A stretch of 64,000 nt of DNA from Thermoanaerobaculia bacterium. Its GTDB lineage: Bacteria; Acidobacteriota; Thermoanaerobaculia; Multivoradales; JAGPDF01. The position numbers and the translations under genes were made by a program. Positions 1 to 9,512 of this stretch are shown here, one piece after another. Numbering within the stretch: position 1 is the first letter of the stretch; the number at the start of each line of letters is the position of its first letter. Under the pieces are notes generated by a model, which saw only the letters and a program-made list of their open reading frames with translations, had not been told where the DNA came from and did no database searches. The stretch lies in NCBI GenBank assembly GCA_039932315.1, contig JBDTQG010000009.1:3969-67968 (forward strand). Reading direction: 5' to 3'.

Positions 1-1
1 C

Positions 2-1162
2 GACCGCGAAATGTCGGGCAAGGCCGATCGCGCGTTCCTCGAACGCGTCTTCCACAAGCTGATGCTCAACTTCACATGGTGGGTGAATCGCAAGGACGTC
101 GAAGGGCGGAACGTCTTTCAGGGCGGTTTTCTCGGCCTCGACAACATCGGGGTCTTCGATCGTTCCTCGGAGCTCCCGACTGGCGGACACATCGATCAGG
201 CCGACGGGACCGCGTGGATGGCGATGTATTCGCTCAACCTGATGCGCATCGCGCTCGAGCTCGCGATCGAGAATCCGGTCTACGAGGACATCGCGACCAA
301 GTTCTTCGAGCACTTCCTCTACATCGCCGCGGCGATGAAGGACCTCGGAGGGCAGGAGATCGATCTGTGGGACGACGAAGACCAGTTCTTCTACGACGTC
401 CTCCACACCGGGAACGAACCCGCCAGGCCGCTCAAGGTGCGCTCGATGGTCGGGCTCATTCCGCTTTTCGCGGTCGAGATTCTCGACGCCGATCTCCTCG
501 CCAGGCTGCCGGAGTTCTCGGCGCGTCTGCAGTGGTTTCTGGACTACCGCCCCGACCTCGCGGATCTGGTCTCCCGCTGGCATCAGCCGGGAGCGGAGGA
601 CCGGCGGCTGCTCTCGCTGCTGCGCGGGAAGCGGATGAAGGCGGTTCTGTCGCGGCTCCTCGACGAGAGCGAGTTTCTCTCCGATCACGGAGTTCGTGCG
701 CTGTCGCGTTTCCATCGCGATCATCCCTTCACCATCGAGGCCGGCGGCAGGACCTTCTCGGTCGACTATCAGCCGGGGGAGTCGAACTCGGGTCTTTTCG
801 GTGGCAACTCGAACTGGCGCGGACCGGTCTGGTTTCCGGTCAACTTCCTCATCATCGAAGCGCTGCGCCGTTTCTCGGCCTACTACGGCGAGGAGCTCAC
901 GGTCGAATGTCCCGTCGGATCGGGGAAGTACCTGTCGCTCGGGGCGGCCGCGGATGAGCTCTCTCGCCGCCTGGTGAGTCTCTTTCTGCCGAACGATCAG
1001 GGGCGCCGGCCCATTTTCGGCATCTCGGAGAAGCTCCAGACCGATCCGCACTTTCGCGACCACCTGCTCTTCTTCGAGTACTTTCACGGCGACAACGGGC
1101 GCGGTGTCGGCGCCAACCACCAGACCGGCTGGACCGGCCTCGTCGCCGAGCTCATTCGCTGA
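2..1162 (+). CDS. Glycoside hydrolase, GH63-like / MGH1-like (alpha/alpha)6 glucosidase. Only the C-terminal part is present; the 5' end lies left of the window.
   Basis: The frame is open to the window edge, and track ORF 11..1162 is only the first in-frame Met. Motifs FTWWVNRKD, GGFLGLDNIGVFDRS, DLWDDEDQFFYD, SNWRGPVWFPVNFL and FEYFHGDNGRGVGANHQTGWTG match my recollection of bacterial GH63-type glucosidases. This is a call from memory; no search was run. Confidence 0.6.
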   Translation, partial: DREMSGKADRAFLERVFHKLMLNFTWWVNRKDVEGRNVFQGGFLGLDNIGVFDRSSELPTGGHIDQADGTAWMAMYSLNLMRIALELAIENPVYEDIATKFFEHFLYIAAAMKDLGGQEIDLWDDEDQFFYDVLHTGNEPARPLKVRSMVGLIPLFAVEILDADLLARLPEFSARLQWFLDYRPDLADLVSRWHQPGAEDRRLLSLLRGKRMKAVLSRLLDESEFLSDHGVRALSRFHRDHPFTIEAGGRTFSVDYQPGESNSGLFGGNSNWRGPVWFPVNFLIIEALRRFSAYYGEELTVECPVGSGKYLSLGAAADELSRRLVSLFLPNDQGRRPIFGISEKLQTDPHFRDHLLFFEYFHGDNGRGVGANHQTGWTGLVAELIR

Positions 1163-1231
1163 GCCTGCGGTCGGCGTGCGAGAAACTGGCGCCGCCTGTC
1201 GAGCATCGAAGCGCTGACCGGGGAGAGACGC

Positions 1232-3343
1232 ATGGTGGTCGCGACGATGGCGAAGAAGGAGAAGGATCCGAAGCCGGTCGGGGAGGCGAGCGGCGGCGTG
1301 ACGATCGAGCCCGTCGTCCCGACGCGTTTCGTTGCCGCCGACGCGCTGCGCGACTTCGAGCGCGCCGCGGAACTCGAATGGCTCGAGACGAACGGACTCG
1401 GCGGCTGGGCGAGCTCGACCGTCGGAGGAGCCCATACCCGGCGCTACCACGGTCTACTCGTCGCGGCGACGCGGCCGCCGGCCGGGCGCCGCGTCCTGCT
1501 GTCCAAACTCGAGGAGACCGTGGTGCTCGCGTCCGGAAGCGGCGAACGGATCGAGCTCGGGACGAATCGCTTCCCCGGCGCCATTCATCCGCGCGGATTC
1601 GATCGGCTGGTGTCTTTCGCGCGGGATCCCTTTCCGGTTTGCGAATATGAGGACAAAGGCTTTCGGTTAAGAAAAAGAATCTGTGCCATTCATGGCGAGA
1701 ACACGGTCGTCGTGGTGTACGAGCTGCTCGAGGGCGGAGAAGGAGTAGTCCTCGAACTTCGGCCGCTCCTCGCCGGCCGCGACATTCACTCGCTCGGCCG
1801 CGCCGAGGCGTCGAGAGTCTGGACCGGCCGAGAAGTTCAGCCGGGCCCTTGCGTGCGCTTTTCGGTTGCCGCGATCGCAGCTGTCGCAGCGCGCGCAGCG
1901 AGGGAAACGGACCTCTTCATCGGGATCCGTGGCGCGACGTTTCGCCCCGAAGGCACCTGGTACTTCGACTTCGAGTACTCGGAAGAGAAAGCGCGCGGCT
2001 TCGACTACCGGGAGGACCTCTACATGCCCGGTGTGTTCTCGCTGACGCTCGAAGTCGGGCGCCCGGTCGCTGTCTTCGTCTCCACCGCCGAGCCGGCGGG
2101 GCGCGATCCGCTGCAACTGGTCGCCGCAGAGAAGATGCGCCGGGCCTGTCTCCTCGATCGTGCCGAGCTGCCGGTCAACGCCGGGCCGGGGCGCGATCTC
2201 GAGCGCCAGCTCGTCGTCGCGGCGGATCAGTTCATCGTCGCGCGAGACCTCGAGATCGGCGGCGGGTCGACGATCATTGCCGGCTACCCCTGGTTCGCGG
2301 ACTGGGGGCGCGACGCGATGATTGCGCTTCCCGGACTCTGCCTCGAAACCGGTCGAGTCGCCGAAGCACGCGAGATCCTGCGCGGCTTCGCCGATGCTGC
2401 GTCGCAGGGAATGCTGCCGAACCGCTTTCCGGAAGCGGGCGAGGCGCCCGAGTACAACACCGTGGATGCCGCTCTCTGGCTCTTCGTCACCGCGCAGCGC
2501 TACCTCGATGCGACCGGCGACGACGACTTCGTCTGCGACGCGCTGCTGCCGGTGATGGACGACATTCTCGCCTGGTACGGTCGCGGAACCCGTTACGGAA
2601 TTCAGGTCGATGGCGACGGGCTCTTGCGCGCCGGAGAGCCCGGCGTGCAGCTCACCTGGATGGACGCCAGGGTCGGCGAACGCGTGATCACGCCGCGCAC
2701 CGGGCGCCCGGTCGAGATCGAAGCGCTCTGGTACAACGCGCTGCGGATCGCGAGCACATTGCACCGGCGCTACGGCAATGCGCGGCGCGCCGCAATGGTC
2801 GGGAGTCTCGCGAAAGTCGTGCGGGCGCGGTTCGAAGATCAGTTCTGGAACGCGGAGAAGGGGGAGCTTTTCGATGTCTTGAATGGCACTGAGCGCGATC
2901 CGGCGAGCCGGCCGAATCAGCTCTACGCGCTGGCGCTGCCGCACCCGCTCCTTTCGCGGGAACACGCGTCGACGGTGCTCGACAACGTCGAGCGCAAGCT
3001 GGTGACGCCGCGTGGCCTGCGCAGTCTCGCGGCCGACGAGCCGGGCTATGTTCCGCGCTACCTCGGCGGCCCGGAGGAGCGGGATGCGGCCTACCACCAG
3101 GGAACCGTCTGGGCTTTTCTCGCCGGGATCTACGTCGACGCGCTGCTGCGCTATCGCGGCGCAGGGGGGCGGCGCCAGGCGCGCGGGTATCTGCAGGGAT
3201 TTGCCGTTCACCTCGACGAAGCCGGATTGGGCTCGGTCTCCGAGATCTTCGACGCCGAAGCCCCGCACCTGCCGCGCGGCGCCATCGCACAGGCATGGAG
3301 CGTCGCTGAGCTCCTGCGCGCACTGCGCCGGGTGTCTCCGTGA
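1232..3343 (+). CDS. Glycogen debranching enzyme (amylo-alpha-1,6-glucosidase type, GDE_N + GDE_C / GH133-like)
   Basis: 703-aa ORF. Motifs: EWLETNGLGGWASSTVGGAHTRRYHGLL (N-terminal domain), GYPWFADWGRDAMIALPGL, GMLPNRF, VQLTWMDA, PVEIEALWYNAL, YHQGTVWAF and AQAWSVAELLR. Confidence 0.8.
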   Translation: MVVATMAKKEKDPKPVGEASGGVTIEPVVPTRFVAADALRDFERAAELEWLETNGLGGWASSTVGGAHTRRYHGLLVAATRPPAGRRVLLSKLEETVVLASGSGERIELGTNRFPGAIHPRGFDRLVSFARDPFPVCEYEDKGFRLRKRICAIHGENTVVVVYELLEGGEGVVLELRPLLAGRDIHSLGRAEASRVWTGREVQPGPCVRFSVAAIAAVAARAARETDLFIGIRGATFRPEGTWYFDFEYSEEKARGFDYREDLYMPGVFSLTLEVGRPVAVFVSTAEPAGRDPLQLVAAEKMRRACLLDRAELPVNAGPGRDLERQLVVAADQFIVARDLEIGGGSTIIAGYPWFADWGRDAMIALPGLCLETGRVAEAREILRGFADAASQGMLPNRFPEAGEAPEYNTVDAALWLFVTAQRYLDATGDDDFVCDALLPVMDDILAWYGRGTRYGIQVDGDGLLRAGEPGVQLTWMDARVGERVITPRTGRPVEIEALWYNALRIASTLHRRYGNARRAAMVGSLAKVVRARFEDQFWNAEKGELFDVLNGTERDPASRPNQLYALALPHPLLSREHASTVLDNVERKLVTPRGLRSLAADEPGYVPRYLGGPEERDAAYHQGTVWAFLAGIYVDALLRYRGAGGRRQARGYLQGFAVHLDEAGLGSVSEIFDAEAPHLPRGAIAQAWSVAELLRALRRVSP

Positions 3344-4155
3344 AGAACCTTCATTGGCGCGAGTGGCTGATCGAAGCGGGCGGCCTCGGGCTCTTCATGG
3401 TCTCGGCCGGCCTTTTCGCGACGCTGCTTTTCTCGCCCGGCTCTCCGGTCTCGCACCGGATCGGGTCGCCGCTCGCGCTGCGGGCGCTGATGGGGCTCGC
3501 GATGGGGGCGACCGCGGCGGCACTGATCTATTCCCCGTGGGGACGGCGATCGGGAGCGCACTTCAATCCGGCGACGACCTGGACGTTTTACCGGCTGGGG
3601 AAAGTCGCGCCCGTCGACGCCATCGCCTATCCGATCGCGCAGTTCGCGGGTGGCCTGGCGGGGGTCGTCGCCGTTTCGCTCCTCGTCGGACGGCCGTTCG
3701 AGGAGCGACCGGTCGACTGGGTGGCGACACGACCGGGGCAGTACGGTCCCGGCGTCGCCTTTGCAGCGGAGGTGGCGATCGCCTTCATTCTGATGACCGT
3801 CGTGCTCGAGGTCTCCAATCGCCCGCGATTCGCGCGCTTCACCGGGATGTGCGCTGCGGCTCTGGTCTTCCTCGACATCACTTTCGAAGCGCCGCTCTCC
3901 GGGATGAGCCTGAATCCGGCGCGCAGCCTGGCCTCGATCGTACCGTCGATGGATTTCACCGGCGTGTGGATCTACCTCACGGCACCCCTTCTGGGAATGC
4001 TCGGTGCCGCGGAGCTCTACCGGCGATGGCCGGGGATCCGTCCGGTCCTGTGCGCGAAGCTGCACCACGACGACTCTTCGCCGTGCCCGTTTCGCTGCGG
4101 TTTCTGCCGCCACGAAACCCCGCGCGCGGAAGGCGCATCCAACTCGGCACAATGA
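3340..4155 (+). CDS. MIP-family channel (aquaporin/aquaglyceroporin-like) with a Cys/His-rich C-terminal tail
   Basis: Two NPA boxes (SGAHFNPATT and GMSLNPARS) and six hydrophobic segments. The GTG start overlaps the upstream stop (GTGA at 3340-3343). The tail is CAKLHHDDSSPCPFRCGFCRHE. Confidence 0.8.
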   Translation: MKNLHWREWLIEAGGLGLFMVSAGLFATLLFSPGSPVSHRIGSPLALRALMGLAMGATAAALIYSPWGRRSGAHFNPATTWTFYRLGKVAPVDAIAYPIAQFAGGLAGVVAVSLLVGRPFEERPVDWVATRPGQYGPGVAFAAEVAIAFILMTVVLEVSNRPRFARFTGMCAAALVFLDITFEAPLSGMSLNPARSLASIVPSMDFTGVWIYLTAPLLGMLGAAELYRRWPGIRPVLCAKLHHDDSSPCPFRCGFCRHETPRAEGASNSAQ

Positions 4156-5699
4156 GCGGAAATCGATACGACGTCGTCATCATCGGCAGCGGGGCGGGCG
4201 GCGGCACTCTCGCCTGGAAACTGGCTCCCACCGGAAAGCGGATCCTCCTCCTCGAACGCGGCGACTACGTGCGGCGCGAGCCGCAGAACTGGGATCCGCG
4301 CGCGGTGAACGTCGACGCGCGCTACAACACGAAGGAGAACTGGTCGGACAGCGCCGGCAAGCCGCTCCATCCGCACACCAACTACAACGTCGGCGGCAAT
4401 ACCAAGTTCTACGGCGCCGCGCTGTTCCGGCTGCGCGAACGGGATTTCGGCGAGCTCGCGCACAGCGGCGGCATCTCTCCTGCCTGGCCGATCTCCTACT
4501 CCGATCTGGAGCCTTACTACACTCAGGCGGAGCACCTGTACCAGGTGCATGGGGAGCGCGGAGTCGATCCGACCGACCCGTGGGGTTCGGCGCCCTACTC
4601 GCATCCGCCCGTTTCGCACGAGCCGCGCATCGCGCGCCTGGCCGCCGATCTCGAAGGCGCGGGCCTCAAGCCGTTTCCGGTGCCGCTCGGCATCCGGCTC
4701 GACGAAGGCGCCCCGCGCACGAGCCCCTGCATCCGCTGTGCGACGTGCGACGGGTTTCCCTGCCTGGTCGGCGCCAAATCGGATGCTCAGACGATGTGCG
4801 TCGATCCCGCGCTCGCGGCCCATCCGAACCTCGAGATGTGGACGGGAGCGCACGTCACGCGTCTCGAGACGGACGGCTCCGGGCGTGAAGTGACGCGCGT
4901 TCTGGTCGAGAAGGACGGCGAGACCATCCCGGTCGAGGCAGGGATCGTCGTGGTCTCTGCCGGTGCGATCAATTCTGCGGCGCTGCTCCTGCGCTCGACG
5001 TCGGAGAAGCATCCGCGCGGAGTCGCGAACGGTTCCGACGTCGTCGGCCGGCACTACATGGGTCACATCAACTCCGTCCTCATGGCGCTGTCGCTCGAAC
5101 CCAATCCGACGGTCTTCCAGAAGACGCTGGGGCTCAACGACTTCTACTTCGGCGCACGCGATTGGAACCACCCGATGGGGCACATCTCGTTCGTCGGCAA
5201 GCTCGATGCCGTGACACTTGGCGCCGGCGCGCCGCCGTTCGCGCCGGGCTGGTCGCTTGAAGCGATGGCCCGCCATTCGCTCGATTTCTGGTTGACTTCG
5301 GAGGACCTTCCCGATCCGGCGAACCGGGTCTCGCTCGACGCGCAGGGAGAAATCGTCCTGGCGTACAAACCGAACAACGAAGAGGGTCACAAGCGTCTCA
5401 TCGCGAAGCTCAAGGCGCTGATGAACACGATCGGTTGCCACGACCATCTGCTGTCCCGTTCGCTCTTCGTCGGGCAGCGGATTCCGCTCGCCGGCGTGGC
5501 GCATCAGAACGGCACGATCCGCTTCGGCGCGGAACCGGCGAGCTCCGCGCTCGATCGCGACTGCAAGGCCTGGGAGCTCGAGAATCTCTACGTCGTCGAC
5601 GGCTCTTTCTTCCCGTCCTCCGGCGCCGTGAATCCGGCGCTCACGATCATGGCGAACGCGCTGCGCGTCGGCGACCACCTGATCGAACGACTGCAGTGA
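4152..5699 (+). CDS. GMC-family FAD-dependent oxidoreductase
   Basis: Start chosen at MSGNRYDVVIIGSGAGGGTLAWKLA (Rossmann GxGxxG), ATG 4152, in frame with track ORF 3012..5699. It makes an ATGA overlap with the aquaporin stop. The C-terminal region has GTIRFG....LDRDCKAWELENLYVVDGSFFPSSGAVNPALTIMANALR, typical of the GMC C-terminal domain. Confidence 0.8.
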   Translation: MSGNRYDVVIIGSGAGGGTLAWKLAPTGKRILLLERGDYVRREPQNWDPRAVNVDARYNTKENWSDSAGKPLHPHTNYNVGGNTKFYGAALFRLRERDFGELAHSGGISPAWPISYSDLEPYYTQAEHLYQVHGERGVDPTDPWGSAPYSHPPVSHEPRIARLAADLEGAGLKPFPVPLGIRLDEGAPRTSPCIRCATCDGFPCLVGAKSDAQTMCVDPALAAHPNLEMWTGAHVTRLETDGSGREVTRVLVEKDGETIPVEAGIVVVSAGAINSAALLLRSTSEKHPRGVANGSDVVGRHYMGHINSVLMALSLEPNPTVFQKTLGLNDFYFGARDWNHPMGHISFVGKLDAVTLGAGAPPFAPGWSLEAMARHSLDFWLTSEDLPDPANRVSLDAQGEIVLAYKPNNEEGHKRLIAKLKALMNTIGCHDHLLSRSLFVGQRIPLAGVAHQNGTIRFGAEPASSALDRDCKAWELENLYVVDGSFFPSSGAVNPALTIMANALRVGDHLIERLQ

Positions 5700-5727
5700 T
5701 CGGTGCTGCCGGATTCTGGAGACTGAA

Positions 5728-6397
5728 ATGAAATCTCCAGCTCGTGTCTTCCGCCTCGCTGTGCTGCAGCTTCTTTTCTGCACCTCTCTCTTCGGCGCTT
5801 CTCCGCGCGTCGCGGCGATCGGCATCACCGTTGCGGATCTCGATCGTTCGATCGCCTTCTTCACGAGCCTCCTCGACTTCCATCGGGTCGGTGAGACGCG
5901 CGAGGTCTCGGGCGACGCCTATGAGCATCTGACCGGAGTCTTCGGCGCGCATTCGAAAATCGCGACCATATGCCTCGGCACAGAATGCCTCGAGCTCACC
6001 GATTTCTTGGCTCCCGAGGGGCGGCGGTGCGGAAAACTGGGGAACGGAGCAGGAGCACCTCAATCAGGTTTTCGGCGCCCGCCTCGCGATCACCGGCCTT
6101 CATGGAGCAGCGGCGCCGGGAGCGATCGGAGTCGAATTTCTCGAATATCTGGCGCCCTCGAACGGCCGGCCGACGCCCGCCGACGTCGCCGCGAACGATC
6201 TCGCCAGCTGGTACGTGCGGCTCGCCGTCGAAAAGGACGTGAGTCTGGACACCCTGGCACGAGCGGCGCGGTCCGCCGGAGGGCGATGGGTTTCGCCCGG
6301 GCCGGTCGCCGTCGGCGAGGACGCCCGACTCGGCTATCGTAGCGGCGTGTTGCTGCGCGATCCGGACGGCCACGCGGTTCTGCTCTCCGCGCCCTGA
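5728..6397 (+). pseudogene. Secreted VOC/glyoxalase-family protein, reading frame disrupted (frameshift near 6015-6030) or an assembly error
   Basis: Frame 1 (5728..) gives a signal peptide plus a VOC-like module (IGITVADLDRSIAFFTSLLDF...CLELTDFLAPEGR). It then degenerates into Arg-rich nonsense. Frame 2 is open from 5933. It gives a sensible continuation (HLNQVFGARLAITGL...GVEFLEYLAPSNGRPTPADVAANDLASWYVRLAV...GVLLRDPDGHAVLL) ending at 6397. Confidence 0.5.
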
Positions 6398-6432
6398 AAG
6401 ACTCGCATTTCCTCCGGGACGGGAGTTTTCCG

Positions 6433-7158
6433 ATGTTCGATTTTTCGCAGAAGGTAGCCGTGGTGACGGGAGCCTCCGGAGCGCTGGGGGCCGTCGTCGC
6501 GCGGCGGCTGTTCGAGAGCGGCGGGCGTCTCGCACTCATCGACCGCAGCGCGGATCGCCTGCCGGCGCTGTGGCCGGAGGCCGCATCGGCGCCCGAGCGC
6601 GTCTCGTTTCACTCCTGCGATCTTGCCGATGCGGACGCGGTTTCCCGCGTGATCGCGGAGATCTCCGGAGAGTTCGGAGCGATCGATCATGTCTTCAACA
6701 TCGCGGGGGCGTATCGCGGCGGCGAAACGATCGAGACCGCGACGGAAGCGACCTGGAAGCTCCTCTGGGAGGCGAACTTTCTCTCGACGCACAACGTCTG
6801 TCGCGCGGTGATCGCCGGCAGCTCCGGCATGCGCCGCCGCGGCAGCGGCTCGATCGTCAATGTCGGCTCCAAAGCGTCGCTCGCCGGAGATGCCGGCGCG
6901 GGCCCCTACAGCATTGCAAAGACCGCCGTCGTCCGGCTCACCGAGACGCTGGCCGCCGAGCTCAAGCGCGAAGGCGTGCGCGTGAACGCCGTTCTTCCGG
7001 GAACGATCGACACACCGGCGAACCGGCACGCCATGCCCGACGCCGATCCGCGCACCTGGGTCGAAGCGGAGGCGCTCGCCGACGCGATGCTCTTCCTCGC
7101 GTCGCCGCTCGCGCGCGCGGTCACCGGAGTTGCGCTCCCGGTCTTCGGGCTGGGTTGA
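6433..7158 (+). CDS. Short-chain dehydrogenase/reductase (SDR) family oxidoreductase
   Basis: VAVVTGASGALG (TGxxxGxG), NIAG, GSKAS...YSIAK (YxxxK) and PGTIDTP. Confidence 0.85.
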   Translation: MFDFSQKVAVVTGASGALGAVVARRLFESGGRLALIDRSADRLPALWPEAASAPERVSFHSCDLADADAVSRVIAEISGEFGAIDHVFNIAGAYRGGETIETATEATWKLLWEANFLSTHNVCRAVIAGSSGMRRRGSGSIVNVGSKASLAGDAGAGPYSIAKTAVVRLTETLAAELKREGVRVNAVLPGTIDTPANRHAMPDADPRTWVEAEALADAMLFLASPLARAVTGVALPVFGLG

Positions 7159-7278
7159 ACGCCGCGCCCGCGCTCTCGCACTGATTCGAATCCACAGCTT
7201 CGCCATGGATCCTGCCGCTGCGTCGCGAGCGGCGACGACGCATCATGTCTTCCGACCATTCTCCAGATCGGAGAGACG

Positions 7279-8829
7279 ATGATGAACGCGGCGACGGGCG
7301 TGCGTAGTGTGCGGAGCTTTTTTATTTTCCTGCCTCTGCTAGCCCTGGCCGGAACCGCGTTGGCGGTGACGCTCACGGTGACCGCGACGGAGCCGCCGCG
7401 AAATGCCACCAATGTGGCGTCGACGTCAGCGCTCACGCTGCATTTCGATCAGGCGCTGCTCCCGGGCTCGGCGACTTCGGTGAACATTCGCGCCTACGGC
7501 AAACAGAGCGGTCCGGTCGCGGGAACGCTCACGTTGATGGCCGGGAATCACGCCGTCCGGCTTCGCCCGACACGGCGCTTCGCCCCCGGGGAGACCGTGC
7601 TGGTGAATCTCTCGCATGGACTCAAGGCGGCGGACGGGTCACCCCTGCGGGCGGCCGGTTACGCCTATCAGTTCAGCATCGCGGCCAGCGGATCGGCGAT
7701 CACGTTCTCGGACCACGGTGACATTTCGGTGCGCACGGCTCCGGGCACCGGGACACGTCTTTACGGAGCGCAGGCGAGCGATCTCGACCTCGATGGATGG
7801 CTCGATCTTGCGACGATGAACGAGGACGCCGCAGACCTGCGCGTGCTGATGAACGAGGGCGGCGGCCTCGGCACGTTCGCTCCTTTTCTGCAGCCGACGA
7901 CGCCGATCGGCGCGGGGGCATCGCCGAACGAACCTGGCGATTTCGACAATGATGGCTTTCCCGACGCCGCAGTCGACAACGGCAGCGAGGGCACGGTCTC
8001 CATCGTCCTTGGAAACGGCGATGGCACATTCTCCGCGGAACAGGTCGTCGACATGGACGACGGACCCCACGGTATCGCCGCTCTCGACGTGGACGGCGAT
8101 GCCGACATGGACCTCGTCACGGCGAATTTCATTCCCGGGAATCTGTCGCAGACTTTGAACGACGGAGCGGGTCATTTCGCGACCGCGACTGCGCTCGACA
8201 GCGGCAGCGGCTGGGAGTGGACGCTGACTTCGGGCGACATGGACAACGATGGCATCACCGATCTCGTCGTCGGTGTGCGGACGCCGAATGTCATCCGTAT
8301 CCTGCACGGGCTCGGCAACGGCGGCTTCCAGTTCGGATCCGAGAAGGCCGCCGGGGGGACTCCGTGGATGCTTGTGGTCGGAGACGTCAACGGCGATGGC
8401 AACCTCGACGTCACGGACGCCAACGGCGGCAGCGCAAATGGCGCCATTCTGCTCGGTAACGGCGACGGGACGCTGCAGAATGCGGTGACCCACTCGATCC
8501 AGGGCGACGCCATCTCGACCGACCTCGGCGACTTCGATGGCGATGGCGATCTCGACTGGATCATCGCCAGCTACGGCGGTGCGAGGTGGGATCTCTACCA
8601 GAACGACGGTACCGGAACGTTCACGTTCAATCAGCGCTTTTCCGCCGATCAGGCCGGTTCCTGCGCTTTGCCGTTCGATTTCGACAACGACGGCGATCTC
8701 GACCTTGCGCTTTTCGACGAGCTGGCCGACGTCATTCAGCTCAAGGAGAACACCGCTGCCCGGCAGCTCCTCTTTCTCGATCGTTTCGAGCAGGGGGACA
8801 TGACTGCGTGGACCCTGACCGAGCCCTGA
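7279..8829 (+). CDS. Secreted FG-GAP/VCBS-repeat (integrin-like beta-propeller) protein with an N-terminal Ig-like (Big_5/SbsA-like) domain
   Basis: Signal-like N-terminus, then an Ig-like segment (LTVTATEPPRNATNV...). About seven D-x-D-x-D-G repeats follow: DLDLDGWLD, GDFDNDGFPD, LDVDGDADMD, GDMDNDGITD, GDVNGDGNLD, GDFDGDGDLD and FDFDNDGDLD. Confidence 0.75.
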   Translation: MMNAATGVRSVRSFFIFLPLLALAGTALAVTLTVTATEPPRNATNVASTSALTLHFDQALLPGSATSVNIRAYGKQSGPVAGTLTLMAGNHAVRLRPTRRFAPGETVLVNLSHGLKAADGSPLRAAGYAYQFSIAASGSAITFSDHGDISVRTAPGTGTRLYGAQASDLDLDGWLDLATMNEDAADLRVLMNEGGGLGTFAPFLQPTTPIGAGASPNEPGDFDNDGFPDAAVDNGSEGTVSIVLGNGDGTFSAEQVVDMDDGPHGIAALDVDGDADMDLVTANFIPGNLSQTLNDGAGHFATATALDSGSGWEWTLTSGDMDNDGITDLVVGVRTPNVIRILHGLGNGGFQFGSEKAAGGTPWMLVVGDVNGDGNLDVTDANGGSANGAILLGNGDGTLQNAVTHSIQGDAISTDLGDFDGDGDLDWIIASYGGARWDLYQNDGTGTFTFNQRFSADQAGSCALPFDFDNDGDLDLALFDELADVIQLKENTAARQLLFLDRFEQGDMTAWTLTEP

Positions 8830-9014
8830 GCCGACTCGCACCACGCCGTCGGAGGCTGCAATCGGCGCCCTGACGTTCGTCGCTTCCGTCGCTCCCGTCG
8901 CTGGACTCGTTGTCGCACTTCCGTAGCTCCAGCGACTCCGCTGAAACCTTCGGCCTCCGGCCGGCATCGAAGCTCCGATTCTTCACGGACTTTCATCCGA
9001 GATCGGAGCTGCAT

Positions 9015-9419
9015 ATGGTCGTCCTCAGTCCCGCGGCGAAGCGCCTCAGCTGGTTTCTGCGAATCGTCGTGGCGGCGATTCTCGTGCAGACGCTCTATTT
9101 CAAATTCACCGCCGCGCCCGAGTCGGTGTACATCTTTTCGAAGCTCGGGCTCGAACCGGCGGGGCGGATCGGCTCCGGCGTCGCCGAGCTCGTCGCGGCC
9201 ACTCTCCTGCTCATTCCGTCGACCGTCGCGATCGGTGCGCTGCTCGCCCTCGGCGTCATCTCCGGCGCGCTCGTCTCGCACCTGACGAAACTCGGCATCG
9301 AGGTTCAGGGGGACGGCGGCCTGCTCTTCGGGCTCGCCTGCGCCGTCTTCGTCGGCAGCGCGATCGTTCTCTGGCTGCATCGCGTCGACCTGCCGCTCAT
9401 CGGTCGACGGCTGGGCTGA
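9015..9419 (+). CDS. DoxX-family integral membrane protein
   Basis: Start taken at the internal ATG 9015 (MVVLSPAAKRLSWFLRIVVAAILVQT...), in frame with track ORF 8910..9419. Four hydrophobic helices. The part upstream of 9015 is non-protein-like. Confidence 0.6.
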   Translation: MVVLSPAAKRLSWFLRIVVAAILVQTLYFKFTAAPESVYIFSKLGLEPAGRIGSGVAELVAATLLLIPSTVAIGALLALGVISGALVSHLTKLGIEVQGDGGLLFGLACAVFVGSAIVLWLHRVDLPLIGRRLG

Positions 9420-9512
9420 TCGGCGCGGTTCTGCGGCGCGGCGCTCGCCGGGAGCCGCGACGGAGGTGGGCAATCGGCCTGAGCCGGCCTCTGCCTTCGG
9501 GCTGGGGCGGCG

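Noticed and set aside
3012-4151. N-terminal 380-aa extension of the GMC ORF in the track (3012..5699)
   Set aside because: The extension overlaps the debranching-enzyme 3' end and the whole aquaporin gene in another frame, and it is Arg/Ala-rich. The Rossmann fold begins right after the internal ATG at 4152.
1667-5864. Long minus-strand ORFs (1667..3268 and 4017..5864) opposite the debranching enzyme and GMC genes
   Set aside because: They are shadow ORFs with Arg/Pro-rich low-complexity translations. The plus-strand genes have clear motifs.
8910-9014. Upstream 35-codon extension of the DoxX ORF
   Set aside because: The extension is Ser/Arg-rich and non-membrane-like. The hydrophobic DoxX core begins right after the internal ATG at 9015.
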